The position numbers were made by a program, and so were the translations under genes. The notes beneath the pieces are model-generated. The model was given only the letters and a program-made list of their open reading frames with translations. It searched no databases and was not told the DNA's origin. From assembly GCF_000315625.1 (NCBI RefSeq), contig NW_005434634.1, positions 272,531 to 336,530 of the forward strand: a stretch of 64,000 nt of DNA, read 5' to 3'. Origin of the DNA: Guillardia theta CCMP2712 (Eukaryota; Protista; Cryptophyta). This document shows, piece after piece, positions 36,377 through 48,349 of the stretch; position 1 is the first letter of the stretch, and each line of letters opens with the position of its first letter.

Positions 36377-36430
36377 CCCCCACCCTGCCCCCACCCTGCC
36401 CCCACCCTGCCCCCACCCTGCCCCCACCCC
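36377..36430. repeat. 11-bp tandem repeat CCCCCACCCTG x~5 (G-quadruplex-capable on minus strand)
   Basis: Direct reading. Confidence 0.9.
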
Positions 36431-36549
36431 TCGGTGTACCAAATAGACACCTCGTGAACTATTTTTCCCCACCCCCTGCACCCCCTCACCCTAGACTTTT
36501 CCAGATATTTTCCGTTTTACCTGTACCCTTGTAGTCCAGATTTACTGAA

Positions 36550-39188
36550 ATGTACCCCTTATTGGTATACCCACCCCCCAAGAAGACTCACAGTGTCAAA
36601 CCAATGACCCAGGCTTCGTCAACAACCTTACCCCTTCCCAAAAATGGTTTGACCACCAATGGCGTACGACGGACAAGAGAGGCGGAGGAGGGCGAGGGGC
36701 GAGGAGACACCTGGACGACATGTGGAGGTAAGGCAACGAAGCTTGATGGCCTTGTTGAGATAGAGACTCTCGCTCGCTCACGGTTGGTTCACTCATCCTT
36801 ACAAGCCAAGGGCCATTGGTTTATGCCGAATGAGATTCTGCAAGACGTTCTTTACTCTCAAGCATCATCAGATTTCACTTTCAAGGAAGACCATGAGATA
36901 TCTCCTAGCCCGGGGATCTGTTGCAACGAAACCAAGTCATACAAAATGTTAGAAATACGGCAGGAAATGCACAACATTCGACCGCATACCAGCGCGAACA
37001 TACATGCAGAGTTCTGCTCCGCGATGGCCGATGCTGCTAGGGAGAAGGTGTATCAGGACGCGATGAACGAGCTGCATGAGGTGATCATCCAACACAAGAA
37101 CGACAACTTAGAGCGCAGTATGACCCCATTTGAAGTTGAAAGCACCCACCGAATAACTTTGACCCCCGAGTCATCACCGGAGATTCCTCCGTCCAACGAG
37201 ACCGAGGATGAGATTCAGGAGGTGGACGATAAGTACAGGATCTTTCGTACAGAGTCTCCTTTGAGACACATCGGCTTCAAAGAGCTCACTCCCGTGACCT
37301 ACGTCCCGCCGCCGCTGCTGCAGGTCCTTTCTCCCCAGGCATCGTTCCGCGCAGGACCGCAGCAGCTTCTCAGTACGATAGAAATTCAGCCAATAAATCT
37401 CCTTGAGGAGAAGAAAGCAGCTGAGGAGGAACAAGTTGCTCCGACGGAGCTTGTCCAAACCTTCAGTCGAGTGATGAAGGTCAGGAGCGATAATTTGATA
37501 AATGTGAGCTTAACTCTCTGTGCATTTTCTTATAGTTTCTGACATCATGACCTTGTTCAAACAACAGGACACTGGCAGCTTGTTTGAGGCTATTCAGAAT
37601 GAAGATACACGCCGAGTATTCTGACAAAATCTATCTTGTGGGTAATTGATTGGCGTCTATTAGGTGAAAGACCTAATAACACATGGAGTTGATTTGCATT
37701 CAACCTATGGACTGGTAATTCCTATCCTAATCATATGACCAGTGTCCTATTTGATGGTTTCCTGGTATTCTTGTACATCTCTGTGTCATATTCGCGCACA
37801 CAGATCGTTGACTTGCGATCCGCTAGTACAACTGCACTGCATTGCACAAAGCTTCAGGGATTGGATGTCTAGAGATTACAAAACTTCTGCTCGAACGTGG
37901 GGCCAACATCAATGCACGGGATTGCTCAGACCAAACTCCTCTTGATTGGTTAGATACACTTGCACTGTCACATATCGACATTGATCCTCGATCAGGGCTT
38001 GTATGGGGCTGGGATGTGAATTTGATGGAAAGGATAGCCGCTACAAGCCATTGTATCCTCTCTTTCTCAATGTCTTGCTGATCTTGTGACATGTGGTGCT
38101 GTAGATCGAGAACAGAAGTTGGTCGAAGCTTTGTTGACGGACTAGGAGTGAGCCACAGTTCGCCTGAATTCAACTGTCCTTACGTACTTGTATAAGGTCC
38201 AAACAAGATTGAACAACTTTCGGAGAGCCAATATTAGTGCTGTGAGATTTGCAAGTCATGAACTCTCTGTCTCATTGTTTGAGAGCAGATTAGTGATACT
38301 GGGAGGGGTTACGTTGAAGCCGCCACTCTCAAAGGTTTCTATTACATAATCGCATGTGGGAAGGTGATTTATCTTGTCTGTTCAATCTTGTGCTAAAAAT
38401 TACCGTCGTGCAGATTGATCAAATCGTCAATCAGTTCACGCCGGGGATGACACTTGATGAATACATGTAGTACTTTTCTCTCTCACTTTCTTTATGCCCC
38501 ATGCAACACACTGCAATGACATCTTGCCGTGAAAACTAGAAAACTAAATTTCCCCGTCGTGCATCGTAAATCTGAAGCAGAAAGGTGATGCAGGGTAAAA
38601 GAAACAAATTCTGGCTGATTTGAATGAGCAGATGGGTTGCGAAACTGTTCACCATCGCCGAGCTTCGGCGAGGAGGAGGTCTCCGACAGCTTGAGCTTCA
38701 CTTGCTCGAGAGGGCAGAGGCCCTTGTACAGAGACTCCTTGCGGGCTCATGGTAGACGAGAGCTTTCCCCCTTGCCTGTCTCCTGACTTTCACCACTTGA
38801 TTCTCTCCTCCTCTCTTAGCCTTATACTGATTTGCACGAGTGACACAATCACAGGAGCAAGAAAATGAAGATCCCTGCGAGGCAACGGGGAAAGCAGCTC
38901 CAGTAATCTCTACTGTTGTGCACGGTCTAATCCGTAATGATTACTTCTCAGATATGCCATCGTAAGGATGAAGAACCTACTTTCTTCTGAACATGTCTGT
39001 CACGTGCACATGATCTCTCAGTGAGACAAACTTAACTATTCTCTGACCAAGCCTGATTGTCGCTTCTTTCCAGGTTTGAAGAAGAGATGAGAGACATCGA
39101 ATTAGAGCCTATGGTTCGTCATTATGAGAGATGGTGCGATGTGGCTAGTGCTTCAGATCTCCGAAATTCAAGATGTTCGATAATGTAA
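36550..39188 (+). CDS. Ankyrin-repeat-containing hypothetical protein; boundaries approximate
   Basis: 330-aa first ORF, then spliced TALHKASGIGCLEITKLLLERGANINARDCSDQTPLDW (ankyrin); downstream exons inferred from GT-AG pairs. Confidence 0.6.
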
Positions 39189-39224
39189 ATGTATAATAAA
39201 AATGTTGTAAACAGCTATTTTCTA

Positions 39225-40108
39225 TCATGAGATCAAGGGCAAAATCCGTTTTGGCAATGAAAGTCGTAACTCAAGAAAAATCAAGATCAGAATTACGCAA
39301 TGAAATACGAGTAGAAATGGTTTGATGAACGTGAATGCTTGGGTGATGCACAAGCCGATTGCACCTGATTCTGTCAACGACTCAAAGGCTCGCACCTCCG
39401 TTGTGGACGATGAAGATTCGGAAGTTGTAAATTCCCTTAAAACAGCAGAATTCTTCTCTGGAGTAGATTGTTGACTGATCTCTGAAAGATCTTCTTGAAG
39501 AATATTCTTCGACTCATTGAAAAGTTGCTTTCTTGCCTTCTTGAGGCGCTTGGCATCTAACGCTTGACCAAGGTTCCGTGCAATTCTTTGTCTTTCACTT
39601 TCTTGCATGGATTCAAGAACTGATTTTTCCTTCAAAAAGCCATGAGATTCAGTAAGTGATCAAGATGCTTTACCTTCTCGTGCGTGGAAATCAGCTCCAT
39701 TCGATAGGCCTTCTGATCATCTGTCGGAATCACAATGCCTTTGTCAACTTTGTAATACACCCCATCCCTGAGGTCAAGTTGATCATTAAACTTGCATTCT
39801 TCGAGGGAATCGGACTGTTGTTTGCCATCCATCGATTTTTCATCATTGTCTGCCAAAGAGAGCGTTGTGAACTCGGAGAGTAGCAACATTGCATCGTCAT
39901 CATATTCATCCATTGATGTCAGAAGCTTTCCATCTCCAACATTGCATGCTACTTCTTCATGTACCGCAACGAATTCTTCGGATTTCTGCATGACAAAGTT
40001 GTCGAGCTTGCGGGGCAGCTTCCATGTGACCACCGACGGCAGCATTGGACCACAAACTTTTTGGCGGGCTCGGTCAATCTGTCCAATAAAACCACCCCAC
40101 CCCTCCAA
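39225..40108 (-). CDS. Hypothetical protein (two or more exons, charged helical region)
   Basis: ORFs 39632-40108 and 39225-39635 joinable by a short GT-AG intron after ISTHEK. Confidence 0.55.
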
Positions 40109-40299
40109 GTATCAATGAATACCCCTACCCCTCTAGTATCGACAAGCGAGGAAATGCAGCGAGCTCGCGGCGCGAGCAGGGATGCCAGGAAGAAGATCAG
40201 GTGGTGGGTGAAGGGGAGCAGGGGGAGGAGAGGGGCGGGGGGATGTAAGGAAACAAAAAATACATTGATTGCATGTTATTTGTTGTATATTTTCCATCC

Positions 40300-42730
40300 T
40301 CAACGCTTCTTCCTGCGCTGCCTCCGAGAATCTGGGCAGTGTTAAACTCAAAGAGCATCGATATCCCATGATTCATGTACCTGCACTGTCAAGGTTCAGC
40401 TCATGACCCTTCTCCTTCAGATGGCAGAATCTGCTCGATTTTCAGCTTCTTGCGAATGAGCAATAGCGCACGACAGTTTGTTCCTTGATTTGAAAGAGAG
40501 CTTGCAGACATTGCATGAGTATGCCGCACCCTTGTCCTCCTTCTAAAGCAAGTGTCATCACAACAGGAAGTAATCATCTGCATTTACCGCAGATGAGTCC
40601 TCAGCTGTTTGGATGGCGGGTTTTCTCTTCGCAGGTTTTCCTATCGAGCAATATTCAGGTCTTAGTGAACCAAGTGATCTCCCCACAGACGTTTGTTCGC
40701 CGCTTCAGCCCTCATAGGCAGCACCGACTGAGCATCTTCAGAGTGGCTCGGGTCAATCGCTGCGTTGTCGGACAACTGCGAATCTGTTGGCAGTGTCTCG
40801 TTTGCTTCTCTCCCCGGTGAGCTTCCACGTTCTCGGATCTGCGATGTTGAGTGCTTTGCCGTCTGCAGTTCCTGCAAGCACGAACTCCCTTGGACAGATT
40901 CTTGTGCGTCAAGAATCAAAGTTGAGATCTGATCGGCCACTTGTTCCAGGCCTGGAGATATCGGTCTTTCAACACCATCTTGACTGATTCCCGATTCCTT
41001 TGTGCGATTCAAGGTTTCAACTTGACCTTTGGTTTTCTCTCCCTGAACCACTTTTTCCTGCTGCTTCTTCTTCGATTTTTTCATGGCTTTTCTTTCTTTT
41101 TCCTGAAACTCACATCAAATAGTGAAACACTTCATCTGGAATTGTATCCTCATGTGACGATACCTCCATTAGAAAGTTGTTCAACATACTGTCCAGAATA
41201 GCCTGATAATCCGCGTCGAAGTAATCTACACGTGCGGTTTCATTCGTCCTTTCTGGCTTCTCCTCAGGTTTCACTTTCTGTTTCTGGACTGAAGATGATT
41301 AAATCAAGTATCAGGATTCAGGGCAGGTGGGAACGGAAGAGTACCCTTTTGAGGTTTCGCCTTGGCTTTTGAGAGCTCATGGATGAAAACTCGCGGATCT
41401 TGCTGGATTGCCAATTCTCTCAGCCAAGTCCTGAAGCACTATTTGATGTACCTGATAAACGATTCCAACGACATGCCTCACCTGTTGTTGAACTCTTGAT
41501 CAGTGCTTTGAAATCAAATCGGCTGAGCAACCTTTTCATTGTAATTTTTCTGGGCGTTGAACATTTCTCTCCTTTCGTTGAAAGCAGTGAGTATTCATCT
41601 CATTCCATTTGCTCGTTAGAGATGGACCTGTTCTCTTCATCCATCCTCCGTCTCATCCATCTGTTTTCAGCATTCTTGGTGTTCCATTTGGCCTTTTCCT
41701 GGAAGTTCTGAACAGCAAACTTTGCAGTGAACATCCGCGAACATCGACTTGGAGTTCTCACCCTTTCGGTTGTAAAAGCATTCCAAAAGGAGTAAAACTT
41801 TTGCACATGACCATAGGGTGAGGTTGAGTTCCCAAACGAAGGATAGCTCCGTTGGTTCATGTTTTCACTGGTCTTCCGCTTCTCAAGATCCACGATCTGT
41901 TGGAAGAAATTCCTGCCCGATGCGCATACAAACATCAATCAATCTGCGGGCATGGATCAAACACTGACCGATAGACTTCGTAGAATCCCCATGCTCCATC
42001 ATGAAATCCATCAAATGCGGAGGGGCTGGGACATGGGATGGAATCCATGGTGAGCAACTCTACTTTAGAATACTTAGACAATCCAACGCACACCTGCAAA
42101 ACTTATCGAAGTCCGAATCCTCTTCTTGTGACAACTCATTCATATCATTATCACTGATTATTCAGACTAGTCAGCCGGTCGGAGAGAGACAGTAAACAAC
42201 CACGATGATCGTTTACCTCCTTTCCCTGTCTTTCAACTTGGAATCGTACCATGCTCGTTCTTGCTCGTCATTGAGAACCTCATACGCATGTTGGCTACAA
42301 TTGAACATGTGACATTACAAGCTTGTATCACAATCATGGATCAAAGTTACATTTCTTTGAATCTTATCGCTGCTTGCTCTTGCTCCTCAAGGTTCTTGTC
42401 TGGATGCAGCCGCCTCGCACAAGAAAGATAGGCTTGTCTGATCTACACGTGAAAACAATCATTCAAGTAATGAAGAGGAACGATCAGCCTTGGCTGCCCA
42501 TCTTATCCACGTTGCGTGTCTCTCACCTCCTGTTGCGTGCAGTGTCTGGACAGTCCAAGGAGGGCATACAGGTCTTGGCCTTCTCCTCCTCTCAGCCGCC
42601 ACCTCATGGCAAGCAGACGAGCCGCAAGCTTGTTTGCATTGTATGTTGTTGCATGCACGGCCAAATCTGTGCTGCTTCTGCCCGCCCCCCATGTCACCAA
42701 CATCGCAAGCGCTATCGCACATCTTGCCAT
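40300..42730 (-). CDS. DNAJC21: DNAJC21/Jjj1-like J-protein with C-terminal C2H2 zinc finger and signal peptide + LRGG leader
   Basis: DLYALLGL..HPDKN..HAYEVLNDEQERAWYD; AFDGFHDGAWGFYEVY; YPSFGNS..FYSFWNAFTTER; AENRWMRRRMDEENR; CNVCKLSFKSRNKL|FCHLKEKGH; stop 40300-40302. Confidence 0.88.
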
Positions 42731-42746
42731 GCCCCGATGGATCGGA

Positions 42747-42834
42747 ATCTGGAACACATCTGGAACACATCTGGAACACATCTGGAACACATCTGGAACA
42801 CATCTGGAACACATCTGGAACACATCTGGAACAC
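42747..42834. repeat. Perfect 11-bp minisatellite ATCTGGAACAC x8
   Basis: Eight exact copies starting 16 nt upstream of the DNAJC21 ATG. Confidence 0.97.
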
Positions 42835-43141
42835 ACCTGATATTGACGGTTTCAATGTAACGGACTCAATCTGGTTATAGCATAGAGCCGCGTCAGCGGG
42901 AAAAATGTGGTTGGGAAGAATTGGGAGAACGTGTAGCCGGTGGAGTAGGAGAACAAGTAGGAGAGGACAGGAGAGGAGAGTAGGTAGAGGAGCAGAGCAG
43001 AGCATGAAGTGCTGAGGTCAAGAATTTGAATTGTGATCAAAAAAAAGGTGAATGGTATCAGAACGTTCAGTTTCACTGGCGAGCGAACGAAGTTGTAATC
43101 GAAGATGATACGACAGTTGGATCTGACCGGATGTCTTCCAG

Positions 43142-44762
43142 ATGGACGTTGCGAGGACTGCTTTGAGATCGGCAGCAGCAATGGAGTCGATACCGGGATC
43201 GAACGGAGGAGCCGCTGCGGCCATTTCCAAGTTAGCCCCCCACGTCGATGTGCAAGAGCTGCAGAGGATAGGAGCTCAGTGGACGAGCAAGATAGCAGAA
43301 GTGACCAAGGAAAGCTTCTCGGTAGATCACTGCAGCATGTTAGCGAACGTTGGCTGAGTTGTTGTTTGTTGTCTCAGTCGCTCATGAGCTCAAACTGGGA
43401 CCCCCTTGGCCCGCCTGTGGTTGGAGCTAGCGGGCCCGTGGCTAGAGCGGCGAGTCAGGTGTACGAGGCTACCTTCACGTTCCACAAGGAGGTGAGGAAA
43501 CGTTCTCACGTGATATCCCCTCTGTGTGTGTTTGTGTGTTTGTGTGTTTGTGTGTGGTACATGGTCGCGTGTATCCTGATGAGATCTTGTTGTCGAGTCC
43601 GTTTACTTCGCGTACTGAAGTAGATTCGAAGGTGACGAACGAGGCCAACGCAATGGTGAAGAACTACGAGAAGAGATGCTCCCGGTGAAGCTTCGGGATG
43701 CTCGTCCACGACCGCAGGTCTGATCCAACATGTCAGGTACGAAGTTCAGCTGAAAGAGGCAGAAGCAAGTTTGGAGAAGTGCAAAGGTTTGCGACCTCAG
43801 CTTTACATGCCATGCATTGACACACGATGCAGCTGAATCAGAAACTTGTGCCGAGAAAGCGAAGAGCATCTCCAAGGTAAAACTTCACAGGGGAACAGAG
43901 GACGAGGCTGAGGTCGGGGAGCTTGGGAAAAGGAATGGGAGGAGGAGGGAGGGAGGGAGAGGAGGAGGAGGAGGAGGAGAAGGAGGAGGAGGAGGAGGAG
44001 GAGCACGACGACGAGGAAGAAAGAAATGAGTATATACTCAATCTTCTGCAGGTGAATGATGAGATCAGAAGCGCGTGCAAGGCGATCCAGGTGAGCTCGA
44101 TCCTTCGTTGTCTCTTCGCAAGTTGAACCACTTGACAGTCTGCGTTGGAGTGCGATGCAAGCATCGAGGCGGAACGATCGAAAGATGTAACGAAGACCTG
44201 CTCCTGCTCCTTCTCCTGCTCCTCCTCCTCCTCCTCCCAGTCGCCTGTTCCGCATCTTATTTCACGCCCCCAAGCCACCCCTTTCACTTCTCTCTTCTTT
44301 CTCGCAAATCATCCCTTCTCCTCTTTTCTCAAGACTCTCTTCCTCCTCGAGTCCCATGGCACTCACTGCTCCTCAGGTCGCCGCTCGTGCCAAAGTGATG
44401 ATGGAGGAGAAGGAGAAATTTGTGAGGAACCTTATCATGCTCGTCGAACCGAGGCAGGGGGGGAAAACTTATGGAGCGCGGCAGGTTGCGGAGATCAACA
44501 AGAAGAGGGAGGCGATTGAAGTTGAGAGCAAGGAGAAGGAAGCTGAGCTTGTTGAGAAGTGAGATACTCCTCCTCCTCCTCTCCTTCTCCTGCTTCTTCT
44601 CTTTCTCCTTCTCCTTTCTCTCTGATCTTCCTCCTCTCTCCTCTGCTCCTTCTCCAATGCACTCGCCTTGTCTCAGTTACTCCAACATCTTACTCCACGT
44701 TCTCTGTCCTGACATCCTTCAAATCCAGGTACAAGAAGGAAGGAACCGAGGGATTTGTATGA
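43142..44762 (+). CDS. BLOC-1 subunit 5 (Muted)-like coiled-coil protein
   Basis: Spliced VYEATFTFHKE|VTNEANAMVKNYEKR and C-terminal EINKKREAIEVESKEKEAELVEK|Y resemble BLOC1S5 helices (recalled similarity, by eye). Confidence 0.5.
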
Positions 44763-44911
44763 GGCATAGCAAACCCTGAAACCTAAACCTTCCCCCTCCC
44801 GCCCTCCCACGTTTCCTCCTCTCCTCCTTCTCTCGCCTCTCTCCCCCCTCCTCCATCATGCTTCTCCTTCCGCACACGAGGCGAGAGATAGATAAACTTC
44901 GACCTTCACCT

Positions 44912-45570
44912 TCACCCATTTGCATGTCCTCTCCTCAACAAGTTCGACCTCGACCGCATCGCTGCTGTCCCGCTCCCTCCACTCTGTAGCGACTCAACGG
45001 CCAGGTAGGGAGGACGCGTCATGCTGCTGGCGCTGCTGGAGCAGGAAAAGCTCATGGCGCTGACCGGCAGCTCTAGCTTTCCCCTTACAAGAAGGTTCAC
45101 TCTGCGAGGGAGAGTGAGGGAGGGGTCGAAGGGGAGTTGGCATGAACAGTGAGAGAAAGGACGAGACGGGGGGACGGGGGAGAGATCAGGAGCGATGGAG
45201 GAGAGGGAGAGGAGGAAGGGAGGAGGAGAGGGAAGGGAGGGGATCCACATACCTCTGCAGCTTCTCCAGAGGGAGAGGACAGAGTAGGTAGAGCGTCCTC
45301 CTCGAGGGGTTGACTGCACGGACTAATCCGACGCCCAGGCACGCGCCATGCTGCCTCGAAGAAGAGGAGGAGCCGTTTGCGACGCAGAGGCCAACGAGCG
45401 TGGCGTTGATGGCAACGAGGACCTGGAGGAGGAGGAAGGTAAGACTGAGGGATACGTGAAGCAGTAAGGGGCCGAGGAGGAACGAAGGGAAGAGCGAAGG
45501 GGAGGAGCAAGATGAGGAGGAGTGGAGAAGGAGAGCAGGAGCAGGAGCAGGAGCAGGGGCAGGAGCAGGG

Positions 45571-45652
<82 letters not shown>

Positions 45653-45954
45653 ATACCCTTGAAGACATGCGTGAATGGAGGACCCAGGAGAGGTTTCGAG
45701 ATAATATTGACGGACATCATTCCTGGAGGTGAAAATTCCGCCTGCCGATCTTTCAGATGCTGGGGAAAAGAAGAGCAAGAGCGCAAGGAGGTGAACAGGG
45801 AGAAAAACAACGACAGAGAGGAGCAGGAGCAGGAGCAGGAGCAGAATGAGCAGGAGGGCAAGGACAAGGGCAAGGACAGGGGCAAGGATCAGGATCAGGA
45901 TCAGGATCAGGATCAGGATCAGGATCAGGATCAGGATCAGGATCAGGACAAGAA

Positions 45955-46050
<96 letters not shown>

Positions 46051-46612
46051 AAGGACGAGGACGAGGACAAGGACGAGGACAAGGACGAGGACAAGTACGA
46101 AGACGAGGATGGGGAGAAAGGCAAGGAGGAGGAGTCACCTGTCCCACGTCGGTGTCGAAGTAGATGACCGCAGGCCATCGAGTGAGCAGCAGGTTGATCA
46201 GGAAGCGACTGAGCGTCGACTGCATAGCAAGATCAGCGAGGAGTCGAAGGAAGGGCGAACAGGGAGCAGACAAGAAAACAAAGCAGCACCAGCACCAGCA
46301 CCAGCACCAGCACCAGCACCAGCACCAGCACCAGCACCAGCACCAGCACCAGCACCAGAATCAGCACCAGCACCAGCACCAGCACCAGAATCAGCACCAG
46401 CAGGTCTGTTTCTAACCTTCCCGCTCCCCTTGGCTCCAACGAGTGCAAGCTTGAGCTCCTGCTCGCTCCTTCCTGGCTGTCCGAACATACCGAGCACAGC
46501 GTCTCCTATCGCCCTCCAGTCCGCAGGAATCTGAAAACCAGTCAATACAGCACGGGAAGGGACAGAGGTGAGGAAAGGAAGAGGTGAATATCAGCAACAG
46601 CAGCTACTACAC

Positions 46613-46667
<55 letters not shown>

Positions 46668-47989
46668 GCAAGGAGAGAATGGGCTGGAGGAGGGAAGAGA
46701 CCTGCATGGGCTGCTGCTTGCAGCTAGAAGAGCTCAAGATGATGTTGCAGCCGCAGCTGCTGCGGAGCAAGGAAGCTGCCTCCTCCTCTTCTGCCCCCAC
46801 ATCCTTCCAGCTGTACTTCCTCCCTCTCCTCCTTCCCGCCATCTCCTCCTTCCCGCTCTCCGATGTATACTTGCAGAGGACCAAGATGCAGGCGACCTGC
46901 TGCTCCTGGATCTTGTCCCTTACCATCCTCGCAAGATCCTCCGCGCCCCCTTCCTCCCCCTCCTCCTCCTCCTCCCATCTCGCGTTGCTGAATTGAGAGA
47001 TGGAGGAGGAACCGGCCTCTACTCCAATGGGCCCGTAAGGAGGGACCTGTGGAAGAAGAGAATGAGAGAAGAGTGCACTTAAACTTTCTCTAACACTCCC
47101 TCCTGCTCCTTCCCTCCCTCCCTCCCTCCCTCCCTCCCTCCCTCCCTCCCTCCCTCCCTCCTCTTCTTCTACCCTCAACCGTAGCCTCCTCTCCTCTCTT
47201 CATCCTCTCTTCTCCTCTCCTCTATTCTTCTCTCCCCGCAGATTCCTCTTCCTCTCCTCTCACCGCATGGATCGTATTCCTTCCCGTCTCCTTTGTCATC
47301 TTGGCCCCGAAGACTGTGCAGGTGCCCTCCAGCACCTTGATCCACGCGTGTCCTTGGATATAGATGGTCTCCCAGGGCTGCAGGAAGAAGATCCCCTCCT
47401 CTCCCTCCCTGCTCACTATCACATTTCTCTTCTGCGGCTTCCAGCAGTTAAGCAGTTCGAACGCTTCACTGTCCTCCTGGTTCGGCTGCTTCGAGTCCCT
47501 GAAGCTATCATCTGCAAGGTCCCCATCCTCGATCTCGAAGAAGTCTCCGTTGTGTTCTGCCTCCTCCTGCATCCTGGTTTCCGTCATTTCTGCATCAGAC
47601 TCGCGTCCTGACGGCACCGACTCGTCGTCGTTCTGCTCTTCCTGGTCCCCTCCCTGCTGGGATGGCTCATCCATCTCCTCAGGGTCACCACCTTCTTCAT
47701 CTTTCTCTATCTCTGCATTTGCAGTAGGAGTGCTGCTCACACCGTCTGCTTCCTCGGCCTCATCAGGTCTAGTCTTGTCACGGTCTTTGTCCTTATCACT
47801 TCCCTGCTTCTGTGCCTTGGACTTCTTTGCTGGCGTCAAGCTTGCCTGTGCGGCCGTCTCTTCTCCGACAGCCCTGCTAGCAGCTTTCTCCTTCTTTCTC
47901 TGTCGCTCCCCTCTCTCCTTCTCCTCCTCCTTCTTCTTCTCCGGCGTCTTCCCTCCCTCCCTCCTCCTCTTCGCCCCGCCAAAGCCCAT
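44912..47989 (-). CDS. NOL9: Polynucleotide 5'-hydroxyl kinase NOL9/Grc3 (central part apparently missing)
   Basis: LALVGAKGSGK|STLSRFLINLL (P-loop), FDTDVGQ|AEFSPPG, PLLGPPFTH, AINATLVGLC, CLGVGLVRAV..LYLLCP, VNLLVRGKLELP, MRSRSNLLR; charged N-terminus. Confidence 0.88.
45533..46666. repeat. Cluster of intronic microsatellites: (GAGCAG)n 45533-45652, (GATCAG)n ~45887-45946, (GACGAG)n ~45958-46050, (GCACCA)n ~46285-46400, (CAG)n ~46616-46666
   Basis: Direct reading; all lie inside NOL9 introns. Confidence 0.95.
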
Positions 47990-48349
47990 TCCGCACGTGA
48001 CAGTAATGCAGCGAAAACTGAAGAGAAAAGTAGGATTCAGGCCGGGCCCTGAGGCGGGGACTTACCAAAGTTGAGACAAAGTTTAGTTTTAAAAATCAGT
48101 ACGAGGACAATCAGGAGAGCGGAGCTGCTGAGTTGCCAACCGGCCCGGGCTGCACTGATGCCGCCGGTCCGAGGGGGCCTGCACCCGGACGGCCCGGGAA
48201 GTTCAGGAGCTCGGGCGAAGGCCCCGGGATCCGTTATGCCGTTGGTATCAGGATGGGATCTCAGAGGATGAGCATACAAGAGGGCGAGAGTTTTCATTGG
48301 AAAATAAAAATGTTTTGATGTACACATAAGGGGACAGGAAGCCCAAAAA

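Noticed and set aside
42459-43005. ORFs with repeated HLEHIWNTSGT / MCSRCVPDVFQ
   Set aside because: Translations of the 11-bp minisatellite.
45097-46996. ORFs with PAPAPA, RTRTRT, QEQEQE, poly-Q or poly-C
   Set aside because: Read-through of intronic microsatellites in NOL9.
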